From: Minutocellus sp. GHC0000111
Lineage: Eukaryota
Reading direction: 5' to 3'
Assembly: GCA_977018835.1 (NCBI GenBank)
Contig: OZ361257.1
Coordinates: forward strand, 4,092,001-4,156,000
DNA: 64,000 bases
Position 1 is the stretch's first letter; the number at the start of each line of letters is the position of its first letter. Positions 24,195 through 36,648 of this stretch are shown piece after piece. The notes under the pieces were generated by a model that saw nothing but the letters and a program-made list of their open reading frames with translations, did no database searches and had not been told where the DNA came from. Both the position numbers and the translations under genes were made by a program.

Positions 24195-24915
24195 TCAAAC
24201 TTGAGGATTCGATCCAGAGCAGTCTTCAACCCCAAGACGAACCTTATCGCCCTTGCTGGGCGAATCCGTCTGGTACGTGACGCACAAATCCGTGTCGGAA
24301 CGCAGGCGGACAGATCCGTTGGAACCAGTCTTGAACCTCTGCTTGCGCGTCTTCTCGCACTCACGGAGCCTGATGCTGGAACCTTCGTCAATATTCTTCG
24401 GCTCCCAGCTACATTTGGAAATCACGAGAAATAATATAATGATGTGTGGTGAGTATTTCAACAAATATTCAAAATACTAAATTGCAATCATTAGTCAAGC
24501 CAATGAACTTACCACAAGTCATCTCCATCGTCCTCCTCCTTGGCCTTGATGCGTCCCCTGGAATCCTTCTTCCAGAGCTGGTCATCATCGTCCTCATCAC
24601 AATCAACCAGCTTCAGATACTTTCCTTCCTTCGCCTTGCCACCGGAAACACCGACAAAAAGATCATCGTCTTCGTTGAGAATAATGAGCTCATAATCATC
24701 GTCGGAATCATCCGAGTCGTCGGAATCGTCGGAATCGTCCGAGTCATCAGAGCTTGACGACGAATCATCGTCCTTCTTGTAGTGATGATGCGGATTGTGC
24801 AGGTAAAAGGAACATTCATTCGATTAGATGTAAGGTGTGAAGCGTGCATGGCATATCTGCTGCGCCAAGACAAAAACTTACGGTACCACCAAGGTTTCTC
24901 ATCGTACTGGTAAGG
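24195..24915 (-). pseudogene. 5'-truncated ricin-B/beta-trefoil lectin-like gene with Asp/Ser-rich linker and two introns
   Basis: Minus strand reads DDSDDSDD...GKYLKLVDCDEDDDDQLWKKDSRGRIK...DDLC|WEPKNIDEGSSIRLRECEKTRKQRFK...GSVRLRSDTDLCVTY. GTAAGT donors at ~24881 and ~24511. The 5' part is replaced by element B2. Confidence 0.55.
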
Positions 24916-27900
24916 AAAAAGGTCATTCTTGCACCCATTTCTCATTTCCCACCACGTGTTTTGTTAGTCGATATTCTCTTCGGGAGGAACGCAAATGCTC
25001 CTCAACTCGTGGATATCTACTGGACCTGCTCATTCAGTAGGTTGCCACCGACCAGTAGCATCCACTGAATTCGCAGGTCCAGTAGATTCTGGCAGGAACA
25101 CACATGTTTTTTGGTCCCCCGCACACCCTCACCGCAACCCGCAAATTTTGTGACGATGACGACGACCAACCAGACCACGCCCAAAAAATACAAACGCAGC
25201 AGAACTTCGTTCTCAGGGAGCAAGAGAGGCAACACCAAGGCATCCAGGAAGGCGGCAAAGGCGGCAGCTGAGCCGAAAACACCATCGCCGAGCGCAAACA
25301 CGTCGAAGAAGCGGCCACGGACGGTCAAATTCGCCCCCGCCAAACCGTCACCGTCGTCGGCGAAGAAGAGGACGGCCCCTCCTCCTATCCCCATGGCCTT
25401 TCTCCTTGCAGCAGATGTCATTCGAAGGGCTGGTAAGGATCTGTGGTGGAGAGCAACCCCCGATTCCTGCGGCAAAGATGACATTTGTGTTGGTTCTCGG
25501 CAGAAATGGGAAGACGTCCTCCCTGCTTTCATCGAGGCCGACTTGTTGCGTTCCAAGTCCGTCGGTGGAGGAAAGCATGAGCTGCAGCACAACGAGGAAA
25601 AATGGAAGGATGTGCAGCAACATCTCAAGGAGCATTGTAGTTTGAAGTTGCACTTGTCGACGTGTCGGCCGAGAGGGAAGACAAGACGCAGGGCGCTTTA
25701 TGTTTGTGCTCACAGGTTGCGTAAAAAGAAGGAGGACAACCACCCGAAATTCTCTGGACCGGAGGGACAGAAGGTGCACGAGAAAAGAAATCCCGATGAA
25801 GTTCTGTTCTCTGGGCGCTCGACTGTCTTAGCTGCTAAGCTAGGTGAGAGGTTGTCAGCTCACAGAAAGGAGGTGCAGTCAGCGCATTGCAAAGCAAGAG
25901 TAAAATCACTAGTCGACGAGGCCAAGAAACTGGGTTGGATGCCAGCAAGTCTCCTCAGCATGCTGAAGGGAACTGGTGATGCTTCCGCCACTGAAGCAGC
26001 TGCAGCCTCCCCCAATGATGAAGGTTTAGGAGGAGCCGATGCTTCCGTTGTCTGTGCCACCTCCAGTGACATTGATGAACAGGTAAAGGTCGCTCTCGGC
26101 CTCGACTTTGTTGTTCGGATGGCCAACGATGACATGCTCCGTCCTCCTCGTCCCAATGCAACCGTCACCGAACCAACACCAATCAGAAAAGAAAAGCAGG
26201 CGAATGAAAGAATGCGGTTCAGCGCCGTGGCTCTCGCGGATTGGTGGGGATGCGGCGACCCAACTCGCACGCATGAAGACCGGCAACAAATTGCAACTGC
26301 CGCGTGTCGGCAAGTTGCGTGCGATCACGGTTGTGCCAAGTCAACCGGTGGTTCTCAGCTTTACAAGTGGAGAGACCAGCTCTACAAAAGCCTTACTGAT
26401 GGCATCAGCAATCCCATCGGCAGAAAGGAGGTTCGTGGAAGGAAGGCATGCACGGACATGATCGAGGAGAAGGAGCCAGGACATCTCCGCGAGCTGTGTC
26501 GGCATGCTGCTCGGATGAAGGGTGCGATGGCAACCTTTAAGGAGCTAGCTGACTGCATGAGCGCAAAATCAGCTACTCCAGATGAAGATAGGCTGACAAT
26601 TAGTCTCCATCGTCTTCAGCTTTTTCGCTGGTGGAAACAGCAAGGCGGTAAGGAGAAGTTGTCGATCGAGAAGCCGAGGCTCACCCCCGAATGTTGTAGG
26701 AAGCGACTTGATTGGATCGAAAAGTGGGAGGACATTACGACCGATCCCAACATTCCTGTAGCGTGTCTTGATGAAAAGTGGTTTTACACTGCTACTCGGC
26801 GACGAAAGATCAAGATGTTGCCACTTTCTGACGAAGAGCTAAGTAGTCCGAACCTCGCGTCTGTCCATGCTTCCGAGGCAAGCCCGAAAATTCGATCCAG
26901 AAGACACCCTGTCAAAGTTATGTGTCTTGGAGTTGTTGGCCGACCAATGAAGGATGAAACCAAAGACGTTGATTTCAATGGGCGCATCATGATCAAGAGA
27001 GTCGCCAGGGAGCAGAAGGTGGAAAAGCTTACGCGCAATCAGAATTTCTCTCCAGATGCTAAGGTAACGATGCGCTAAAAAATGACAAAGATTGGCGCGA
27101 CATTTACGACGAGAATGCTGACATGACCGCCGGCCATCTTTGCGACCACATTGCCGAAATCTACGGCCTTTCTGAGTTTGTTACAGAGCGATTGGAACTT
27201 CAACACGAGGACCACAAATCCGACGGTCAGGCAAAAAGTCGCAAGCATGCCGCTGTTGGCTACAATCAAAAGATCTCGAGTCTCAAGCGACACACTCCTG
27301 ATAGCAATGGAGAGAAGGTGAAGGTTGAGATCGACGACCTTGAGCTCGGGGTGCGGTATCAACGGGGCGACAAGGTTACCAAGGACTGTAGCTGCGACTC
27401 CAAATGGATGTTGGAGACTATGAATGAGGTCGGGAAGGCGATTCGAGACGCACATCATTGGGTGAAGTGGGATCCACAAAATATTCAGGAGTCTGATGTT
27501 ATGTGTCTTATGATGGACAATGCCGGCGGTCATGGGTCCAATGAAGCAGTTGAGAAGTACACCGAGGACCTCAAAAACAAATATAAGATTGAGATAATCC
27601 AGCAGGTTCCTCGGTCGCCCGAGACATATGTTCTTGATCTCGGCATCTGGATGTCTTTGCAGTCGGCCGTCGAAAAGGAGCATCGCGGTCAGAGAAGAAT
27701 GATGCGAATGCTCTTGACAAGACTGTGATGAAAGTATGGGCCAATGTCGCATCAAAAGAGGCCTTTCTCAATGTATTTGGAAAACTTCCAGTGATATATA
27801 ACAACATCAAGAGAAGTCGTGGCGGTAACAATCTTGTGGAGACCAGACGGGGAAAGGCTGGTCTCGCAAAAATTGCCGACGAGGAAGAAGCTGAAGAGGA

Positions 27901-28321
27901 TGGTGAACCACTCTGGCCAATTGATGCTCCCGGCGAAGATGATGACATTGAGGACGACATAGATGAAAATGATGAAGACGATGGAGTCATTGATTTGCTA
28001 TAACTTATCATAGCATGTCCATTTCTATTCATTACATTTTGATTTGGTGCTTCCAAAACTGTATTTTTCCCCGGGGTGAGGAATGCAAATGTCGAAAAAA
28101 ATCATCACATAATGTACATTTATTGGTTCTGGTGCACAATATCTCTCGACTACATGTAGAAGTTGGTGACCATAACTTGGTTCTTGCCCCGACTTCCATC
28201 TTGGCCGTCATTTATTCCTCGGAGTTAGTTAGAAAAAGTGAGCTTGGATTTTTGGTCTGGTGTGGTCGTGTTTCTAATACGTCATCATCACGTCACTTTC
28301 AAATCCTCTGAACTCGAAAGG
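24916..28321 (+). mobile_element. Mariner-like element B, copy B2 (left TIR missing, right TIR intact)
   Basis: Matches B1 from aaaaagg(t)cattcttgcacc onward. Transposase ORFs 25111-27078, 27123-27728 and 27725-28003, with 39 residues between D2 and D3. Ends caaatcctctgaactcgaaagg followed by CA. Confidence 0.92.
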
Positions 28322-28340
28322 CACCTTGCCGGCAACGGAG

Positions 28341-31234
28341 GCGACATTGGCCCATGCTTTCATTACAGTCTTGTCAAGAGCATTCGCATCATTCGGACCG
28401 CGATGCTCCTTTTCGACGGCCGACTGCAAAGACATCCAGATGCCGAGATCAAGAACATATGTCTCGGGCGACCGAGGAACCTGCTGCTGGATTGTCTCAA
28501 TCTTGTGTTTGTTTTTGAGGTCCTCGGTGCACTTCTCAACTGCTTCATTGGACCCATGACCGCCGGCATTGTCCATCATAAGACACATAACATCAGACTC
28601 CTGAATATTTTGTGGATCCCACTTCACCCAATGATGTGCGTCTCGAATCGCCTTCCCGACCTCATTCGAGTCACACAGTCTCTCCAACATCCATTTGGAG
28701 TCGCAGCTACAGTCCTTGGTAACCTTGTCGCCCCGTTGATGCCGCACCCCGAGCTCAAGGTCGTCGATCTCAACCTTCACCTTCTCTCCATTGCTATCAG
28801 GAGTGTGTCGCTTGAGACTCGAGATCTTTTGATTGTAGCCAACAGCGGCATGCTTCCGACTTTTTGCCTGACCGTCGGATTTGTGGTCCTCGTATTGAAG
28901 TTCCAATCGCTCTGTAACAAACTCAGAAAGGCCGTAGATTTCGGCAATGTGGTCGCAAAGATGGCCGGCGGTCATGTCAGCATTCTCGTCGTAAATGTCG
29001 CGCCAATCTTTGTCATTTTTAGCGCATCGTTGACCTTAGCATCTGGAGAGAAATTCTGATTGCGCGTGAGCTTTTCCACCTTCTGCTCCCTGGCGACTCT
29101 CTTGATCATGATGCGCCCATTGAAATCAACGTCTTTGGTTTCATCCTTCATTGGTCGGCCAACAACTCCAAGACACATAACTTTGACAGGGTGTCTTCTG
29201 GATCGAATTTTCGGGCTTGCCTCGGAAGCATGGACAGACGCGAGGTTCGGACTGCTTAGTTCTTCGTCAGAAAGTGGCAACATCTTGATCTTTCGTCGCC
29301 GAGTAGCAGTGTAAAACCACTTTTCATCAAGACACGCTACAGGAATGTTGGGATCGGTCGTAATGTCCTCCCACTTTTCGATCCAATCAAGTCGCTTCCT
29401 ACAACATTCGGGGGTGAGCCTCGGCTTCTCGATCGACGACTTCTCCTTGCCGCCTTGCTTTTTCCACCAGCGAAAACGCTGAAGACGATGGAGACTAATT
29501 GTCAGCCTATCTTCATCTGGAGTAGCTGATTTTGCGCTCTCACACAGTCAGCTAGCTCCTTAAAGGTTGCCATCGCACCCTTCATCCGAGTGGCATGCCG
29601 ACACAGCTCGCGGAGACATCCTGGCTCCTTCTCCTCGATCATGTCCGTGTGTGCCTTCCTTCCACGAACCTCCTTTCTGCCGATGGGATTGCTGATGCCA
29701 TCAGTAAGGCTTTTGTAGAGCTGGTCTCTCCACTTGTAAAGCTGAGAACCACCGGTTGACTTGGCACAACCGTGATCGTACGCAACTTGCCGACACGCGG
29801 CAGTTGCAATTTGTTGCCGGTCTTCATGCGTGCGAGTTGGGTCGCCGCATCCCCACCAATCCGCGAGAGCCACGGCGCTGAACCGCATTCTTTCATTCGC
29901 CTGCTTTTCTTTTCTGATTGGTGTTGGTTCGGTGACGGTTGCATTGGGACGAGGAGGACGGAGCATGTCATCGTTGGCCATCCGAACAACAAAGTCGAGG
30001 CCGAGAGCGACCTTTACCTGTTCATCAATGTCACTGGAGGTGGCACAGACAACGGAAGCATCGGCTCCTCCTAAACCTTCATCATTGGGGGAGGCTGCAG
30101 CTGCTTCAGTGGCGGAAGTATCACCAGTTCCTTTCAGCATGCTGAGGAGACTTGCTGGCATCCAACCCAGTTTCTTGGACTCGTCGACTAGTGATTTTAC
30201 TCTTGCTTCGCAATGCGCTGACTGCACCTCCTTTCTGTGAGCTGACAACCTCTCACCTAGCTTAGCAGCTAAGACAGTCGAGCGCCCAGAGAACAGAACT
30301 TCATCGGGATTTCTTTTCTCGTGCACCTTCTGTCCCTCCGGTCCAGAGAATTTCGGGTGGTTGTCCTCCTTCTTTTTACGCAACCTGTGAGCACAAACAT
30401 AAAGCGCCCTGCGTCTTGTCTTCCCTCTCGGCCGATGCGTCGACAAGTGCAACTTCAAACTGCAATGCTCCTTGAGGTGTTGCTGCATATCCTTCCATTT
30501 TTCCTCGTTGTACTGTAGCTCATACTTTCCTCCACCGACGGACTTGGAACGCAACAAGTCGGCCTCGATGAAAGCAGGGAGGACGTCTTCCCATTTCTGC
30601 CGAGAACCAACACAAATGTCATCTTTGCCGCAGGAATCGGGGGTTGCTCTCCACCACAGATCCTTACCAGCCCTTCGAATGACATCTGCTGCAAGGAGAA
30701 AGGCCATGGGGATAGGAGGAGGGGCCGTCCTCTTCTTCGCCGACGACGGTGACGGTTTGGCGGGCGAATTTGACCGTCCGTGGCCGGCCGCTTCTTCGAC
30801 GTGTTTGCGCTCGGCGATGGTGTTTTCAGCTCAGCTGCCGCCTTTGCCGCCTTCCTGGATGCCTTGGTGTTGCCTCTCTTGCTCCCTGAGAACGAAGTTC
30901 TGCTGCGTTTGTATTTTTTGGGCGTGGTCTGGTTGGTCGTCGTCATCGTCACAAAATTTGCGGGTTGCAGTGAGAGGGTGTGCGGGGGACCAAAAAACAC
31001 ATGTGTTCCTGCCAGAATCTACTGGACCTGCGAATTCAGTGGATACTACTGGTCGGTGGCAACCTACTGAATGAGCAGGTCCAGTAGATATCCACGAGTT
31101 GAGGAGTATTTGCGTTCCTCCCGAAGAGAATGTCGACTAACAAAACACGTGGTGGGAAATGAGAAATGGGTGCAAGAATGACCTCTTTTAAGGGTTATTG
31201 GTATACCCTCTACAAATCCTCTGAAACCGAAAGG
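28341..31234 (-). mobile_element. Mariner-like element B, copy B3 (inverted, 3'-truncated; duplicate of B1)
   Basis: Reverse complement of 17252-20144. Shares B1's frameshift (LADCVRAQ...) and ERLCDSN/QQQ indels. Confidence 0.92.
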
Positions 31235-31452
31235 TGCCTAGGTACCTAGGTACGAGGTCCGGGACAGCAATTTCGGGGACCCGGTTTTTTGGGTCTTTGG
31301 ACTTTCCGACACGGCGGTTTGCGCGCACCTTGAAAAACACGCGGCAAAGCAAGCAAATCAAAACACATCCGTCAACAACCGACCTCCAAGCAATTACCAC
31401 AAATAGACTGGGCAAGTTCTGCCGACTGGCGCTTCAAGAAGTTTCCATACTC

Positions 31453-32589
31453 ATGGATACTCCAAAGGGACACATCTTCAGTCCACCGCGTCCACCGAAA
31501 CGCGCCGAGGCGACTGCATTCAGCCCCTCGCGCCATGAGAAGGAAACTTCCAACGAAACGCCGGAACATCCGCGGTATCGAGAGAACAAGGACAATGATG
31601 ACGAGGAGGACAACCAAGGGGTCCCACCGGCATCGTCAGACCTCACATCTCCTCGTGTGTTGAAATATCGACGCGAGTACAACGAAGAGGATGGCTTCGC
31701 CGCCGAACAAGCCCAAGCAAGGAAGTGCTTGCATCATGACATATTGCGTGCCGACTTTCGCGGTGCCGCTACTGTTTCATCTCATTCTGATGAAGATGAT
31801 TCATTCTCAGAGATGAGCATAGCAACCGCCGACGCCAAGCCAAGCGGCGAGAGGAGAAAGCCCGTGAGCTCATTCGACCTTCCCTCCGCCACGCCCATGG
31901 TAACAAGTCCAATGTCAGTTCATACTCAGTATGCTCTTACCCCAAGCCGCTCATGCCCGTCGTTCAGCAACCTTCAATTGTCATCCCCTACCATCTTGGA
32001 GCCCTTGCCTCCAACCGAACCAACCGAACGACACATTGAACGAGAGGTTGAGGAACATCGGAGGCTTGCGTGCTTTTTGACGTACGGAGAAGCACCACTA
32101 CCACAAGATATAAAGAACTACAAGTCACCCACATGTAGTCAGAGGCCCGAACCAAGAAGAAAAGAGAAAGGGGTCTACCTCCCCTTCAAACGAGTTCCTG
32201 GTTGGGGTAGCGAGGTCGCGGTCACCACAGTGCTAGGCATGATCGAAGTCGATCGCCAAGTAAGAGAGGGTTGTGGTGCCTACCCGAAAGGGTGGAGAAG
32301 CAGAGAACTCGGATTGTATGATAACAAGACAATAGAATTCTCTATTGCATTATCTACTGACAAGATTGCATTAGATGCATATAAGTTGGGATATGAGGAT
32401 GGGAGTAAACAACCAACTGCTCACCCTGCCCTCACTGACAACAAACTTGCCGATGCACATGGTGTGAAGCGCGGAAAGATTCGTCAGTCCCTCCACGCTG
32501 TGTGGCTTTCTGATGATCATAAGAAGGCCAAGGAGGCAAAAAAGAATACCGGTAGAAATAGAAGAACAAAGAAGCCCACCGTGATATAA
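31453..32589 (+). CDS. Second ORF of element A (copy 2)
   Basis: Near-identical to 15891-17033. Confidence 0.6.
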   Translation: MDTPKGHIFSPPRPPKRAEATAFSPSRHEKETSNETPEHPRYRENKDNDDEEDNQGVPPASSDLTSPRVLKYRREYNEEDGFAAEQAQARKCLHHDILRADFRGAATVSSHSDEDDSFSEMSIATADAKPSGERRKPVSSFDLPSATPMVTSPMSVHTQYALTPSRSCPSFSNLQLSSPTILEPLPPTEPTERHIEREVEEHRRLACFLTYGEAPLPQDIKNYKSPTCSQRPEPRRKEKGVYLPFKRVPGWGSEVAVTTVLGMIEVDRQVREGCGAYPKGWRSRELGLYDNKTIEFSIALSTDKIALDAYKLGYEDGSKQPTAHPALTDNKLADAHGVKRGKIRQSLHAVWLSDDHKKAKEAKKNTGRNRRTKKPTVI

Positions 32590-32684
32590 AAAAACCAATG
32601 CTGCTGCATCTTACATGTAGATCTATAAATAATTTGTAGACGTGTAACATTTATTTAATACATGTGTAAAGATATTAATACTAT

Positions 32685-35623
32685 CTATTTATTAGAAGGA
32701 TGACGAGCTGAGGGCTCCATCCCCTTGGCCGTTTCGTTGAAGTCGATCCTAATTCCAGTGTGCAAGTTTTCGTCACCCAACCTTCCAACAAACTCATTGC
32801 TACCACCGGCCTTAATCACCAGGCCCATTATCCTCCAGTACTGAATGAAGGCCGAAGCAATTTTGCAGTTAGGCATGCTATCGTAAACGTCCTCGGCAGT
32901 GTCCCAGATCTGGTCGGTGGAAATGACGGAGGTGCCTACCATTTTTCGTGCCCATTCCGAGTGCCGCCGGCTCATCGCGGGGAACACGCTCAAGTCAAGG
33001 ACGTTGGCGTGAGGCATCTGCGGTGCCTGTGGCTGCCACGTCCAGCCTTGCTCAGCACAGAAGTTAGTAACAAATTGCGTGAAGGTTCCGTCCTCGTGAG
33101 GCCCGGCCTGGTCGCCCTGGATTATAACATGGCAATCTTCGTATTGCTTGCCCGGACCGACAAGGTTGAGAATCGCTGGGAAAATAGTCTCCTTGAATAC
33201 GAGGAGCAAAGAGCATTTCGGATCCTTTTTGGTGCCTTCGTTCGATCCAGTAACGCAACAATAAACAAGAAACGACTCTCCTTTCCGGCGAAGAGGTTCC
33301 TTTGGTGTCCCATCGGGGTTGGTATTTGGGTACCGTATTGAACCATCAGGCTGTGTTGCTGCTTCGTACTGAGCTCGCTCCGCTATTTTAAGAGCTTGAG
33401 CTCGTACCAGTGGCAGTTTTACAACCTCGCACCCATTCTCAAGAGAACCGTCAAAGACAGCGGCAACAAATGCAATGGCCATGACCTTGTTGATGTGGCT
33501 CCTGTGAAAGGCCGCGTAATCTCGCTTTTTCACGCCGATTTCCTCGCAAGCCTTCGCAAAAGCTCGGAGGACGAGACCCCAGAACCATTTCTCATCGTAA
33601 TGCACGAGGAGAACTCGCTTCTTTCCATTCGGTAAATTGCCGTTCTCATCCCGAATGTTCCAGAAATTCCGCACGAGCTGAGCAAAGGCCAGATGCTTAG
33701 CTTTTTGAGCCTCCGACAGGCGCGGTACCAGCCGCTCCTTGTAGAAAGTGAAGGTGTCGAATGACTTGAGCCACCGCTCAATCGTCTTGTGCGAGCACCA
33801 CAGACCAATGTCCTGCTCCAAACCACGGAACGATCGCTGAGGATTGCTGGAAAGGGCCGCAACAATGTCGTTCTGTATGTACGGCTGCGTTGCCAAGTGC
33901 TCCCGCCTCTTCAGCTCCCACAGCTGCTTGTCATCGTCGCTGATGGTGTCGCACTCGGTCAGGTACGTTTTGAGCAACTCATTGTCAGCCTCCTTCGACA
34001 CAGAATCATAGCAGTCTTCCTTTGCCTCTCTGCACTTATTGATTGCATACAGGCGCTTAGCAGTAAAGTACTGCTCAGCCGTCTTGTAATTGTCAATGGT
34101 AGACTTTGGCCGAACCGACGAATCCTTGGGAGCGGGGGTGACAAATGCAAGCTCGGCCTGATCTGCTGGTGTGCCCCGGGCAATGGCATTCTTCCGAGAC
34201 TCGTTCTGGATGTCTCGCAGCCCATTCTTACCCTTCCCCCACGATCTGCAGAGCTCACGAATAGTGACCCTCCCATCCGACTGAAACTTCTGCGATGAAC
34301 TGTTCCTACTTGAGTGCTGCGTCCCGCCGGTGCTCTTCAAATGCACTTCCAGAAGCAATCCCTGGGCAAAAAGCATGCTCTTCTCCTCGTCGTTCAATCC
34401 CTTCTTGCCTTTGGTTGCTCGATTCGCCTCCTTTCGAAGACATCCATCCTTCTTCCTGTATCGCATGCCATGCAAAAGCTTTCCGACAAGAGTCTCCATC
34501 GGACTGCCATCGCTCTTTGCACGCTCATTGGCACCGGCGCTGTCAACGCTATCCATCCCCGCCTGAGCAGCTACTGTCCGTTTGCGCCTGTCCTTGGCAA
34601 TTGAATCTGTGTTGAGGCCGAGTGGGATCGGGGTGATGGCCTTGAGAGGCACATTCTCATGCATCATGCCACCAAAAGGCTTCTCATGCTGGACATCGCA
34701 AAGAGCACCTCCACCGACACCTCGACTGACCATAACAAATCCCTTACCCTCAGGCCGATTCATGTTGGGACTGAAGTTGGCAGACACAAGGACATGTTCC
34801 CCAGTACTGATGGCAGGTCGCATGTCATCTTCCATTCTCATTGCTTTCTTGCGTTCGGGTGGTGCATCCGTCGGCATCCTGTGCGACCGAAGATGTTCAC
34901 GCATTTGCACCCTCTGCTCCAAATGACGCATCGCCTCCTTCATTTTGTTCCTTTTCTTCTCGGCATCGGCCATGGCCTTTTCATCCTTCCGCTTTTCTCG
35001 TTTCAAGGTGTCCCTTAGCCCTTTCAAAGCCTCCTCTGCAGCTTTGCATGTTGCGCTTCGGCCTCAACCAGCAGCACATCCAAATTCTCCTCGGTCGATC
35101 CACCAGAATTGGCGGTGCCGGTAGCAGAAACACCGACACTGGCAGGATTGCCAGATTCTTCACTGTTGCCGCTTCCATCCACCACCATGGACTCGGCGAT
35201 GCCCCCAGCTTCGATGTTGTCATCACCAGGACGAGCAGCGATACCAGCATTGTCCTCGACCGTCGGCTCAGGGCTGGCATCGGCGTTGTTGGATGACGAA
35301 TTGCGCCGAGCAATTTGAATTTGAGAAATCGGCACATCTTGTGCCGGATCAGGACCGGTCTGGCTCGGACAGCACAGCTCCTCCTCTCGGGCTTGCTCCA
35401 CAACATCCTGCTGTTTCTGAAGTGAGAGGCCCGCCCATGCTCGGTTCGCTGTGGTCTGGATCATCCCAGGAGACTTGCCACGAATCGTAGAGGCATCGAT
35501 GGTGCCGCTCCGATGGACAAAATAATCAAAGCATGGGATGGAGCTGCCGGACCGACGGGAGCGGCGACATGCTGGCGCATCAGCTGCGGTGGCAGCAGTA
35601 GTAACAGCCATTTGCATTAACAT
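32685..35623 (-). CDS. Element A transposase (copy 2), same frameshift at ~35027
   Basis: Translation identical to 12857-15795. Confidence 0.88.
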
Positions 35624-36648
35624 GGTGTTGGATGCAGTGTTTTGTGGCAGTAGAGCAACAGTTTGTGTGTCGGGTGGGTTGGAAATGAGGAAGGTTTCAT
35701 TGAGTGGCGGGCGCGCCGGGCGGGTGATGATTTTTTTGGCCCGCTCGATTTTGGCGCGGGGTCACCCGGACCGCATAAGATGCGCCATTATGGGGACCAT
35801 GGAGACCGACATCGGAGCTCAAACCACATGGCTACTTGAATCAATGCATTTGGGAGGTGGTGGTGGGGTCGGGAGGTGGAGGAGGTGACCGGTTGTCATC
35901 GGAAAAACTGGCAGAAGTCGGGAGGGGCGATGGATGGGGTGAATCGGCCAGACGCTGGCATGGGAAGATGAAATCGATATCTCCGAGTCGGTCCAAGGTC
36001 AAGGACCAACCCGTTCTGGAGACACCACGCTTGTCCCTTGCGTGAAGCGGATGCCGTCGGCACTGCCGTCACCGCCATCTTGAAGACAGGATGATAGCAA
36101 ATAAATGCTGCAAGCTGCGTGCGTTTGTGCTGATTTTTATGAGATTTTGCCCAAAGACCCGAAAACCGGGTCCCTGATACTGCTGTCCGCGACCTCGTAC
36201 TCGGCTGCGAACCCAACACTAAAGAGGATGGCGGGGAGGAGGATGGCTGCAAGCTTCATTTTCTACTTTCACTTTTGGAGTGGGGCAAACGTGCTTTCCT
36301 GTGATTAGACTGGTTGAGATGGAGATGCGTTGTTGATTTATGATCAATCGGAGGAATGGTGAAGCTCGTTGGTTCGGGTGGCTGCATGCAAGGAGCCGTT
36401 GACACCACGCCTTTGTCAGGAAGTCGCTGGAGAGGCCCTTCGAAAACCACTCCCGCCATTTTTGGTGATGGGCATTCGGGAGGCTTTTCATGCGCATCAT
36501 TTCTCGGACATTGGGAGCGTCGTTAGCATAGCCGTGGTGGTGCGTGGTGGTGACAAAGCAACCTGCATGCCCTACATGTAAGAGAGAACCCTGTGGCGAA
36601 AGGTCAAGTCGGTGTTTTGGTCGCTTTACTATTTCCCAATCTACTTAT

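Larger units (their letters stand above)
31253..36197 (-). mobile_element. Mariner-like element A, copy A2 (inverted duplicate of A1)
   Basis: TA at 31251-52 and 36198-99 flanking the same TIRs. Identical 780-aa ORF. Confidence 0.92.

Noticed and set aside
17252..31234. CpG methylation decay or fungal-type RIP as the cause of CA/TG variation
   Set aside because: It would need CG (or CA/TG) ancestors. The TA TSD and the host Tyr codons show TA is ancestral, and CpG remains abundant in the elements.
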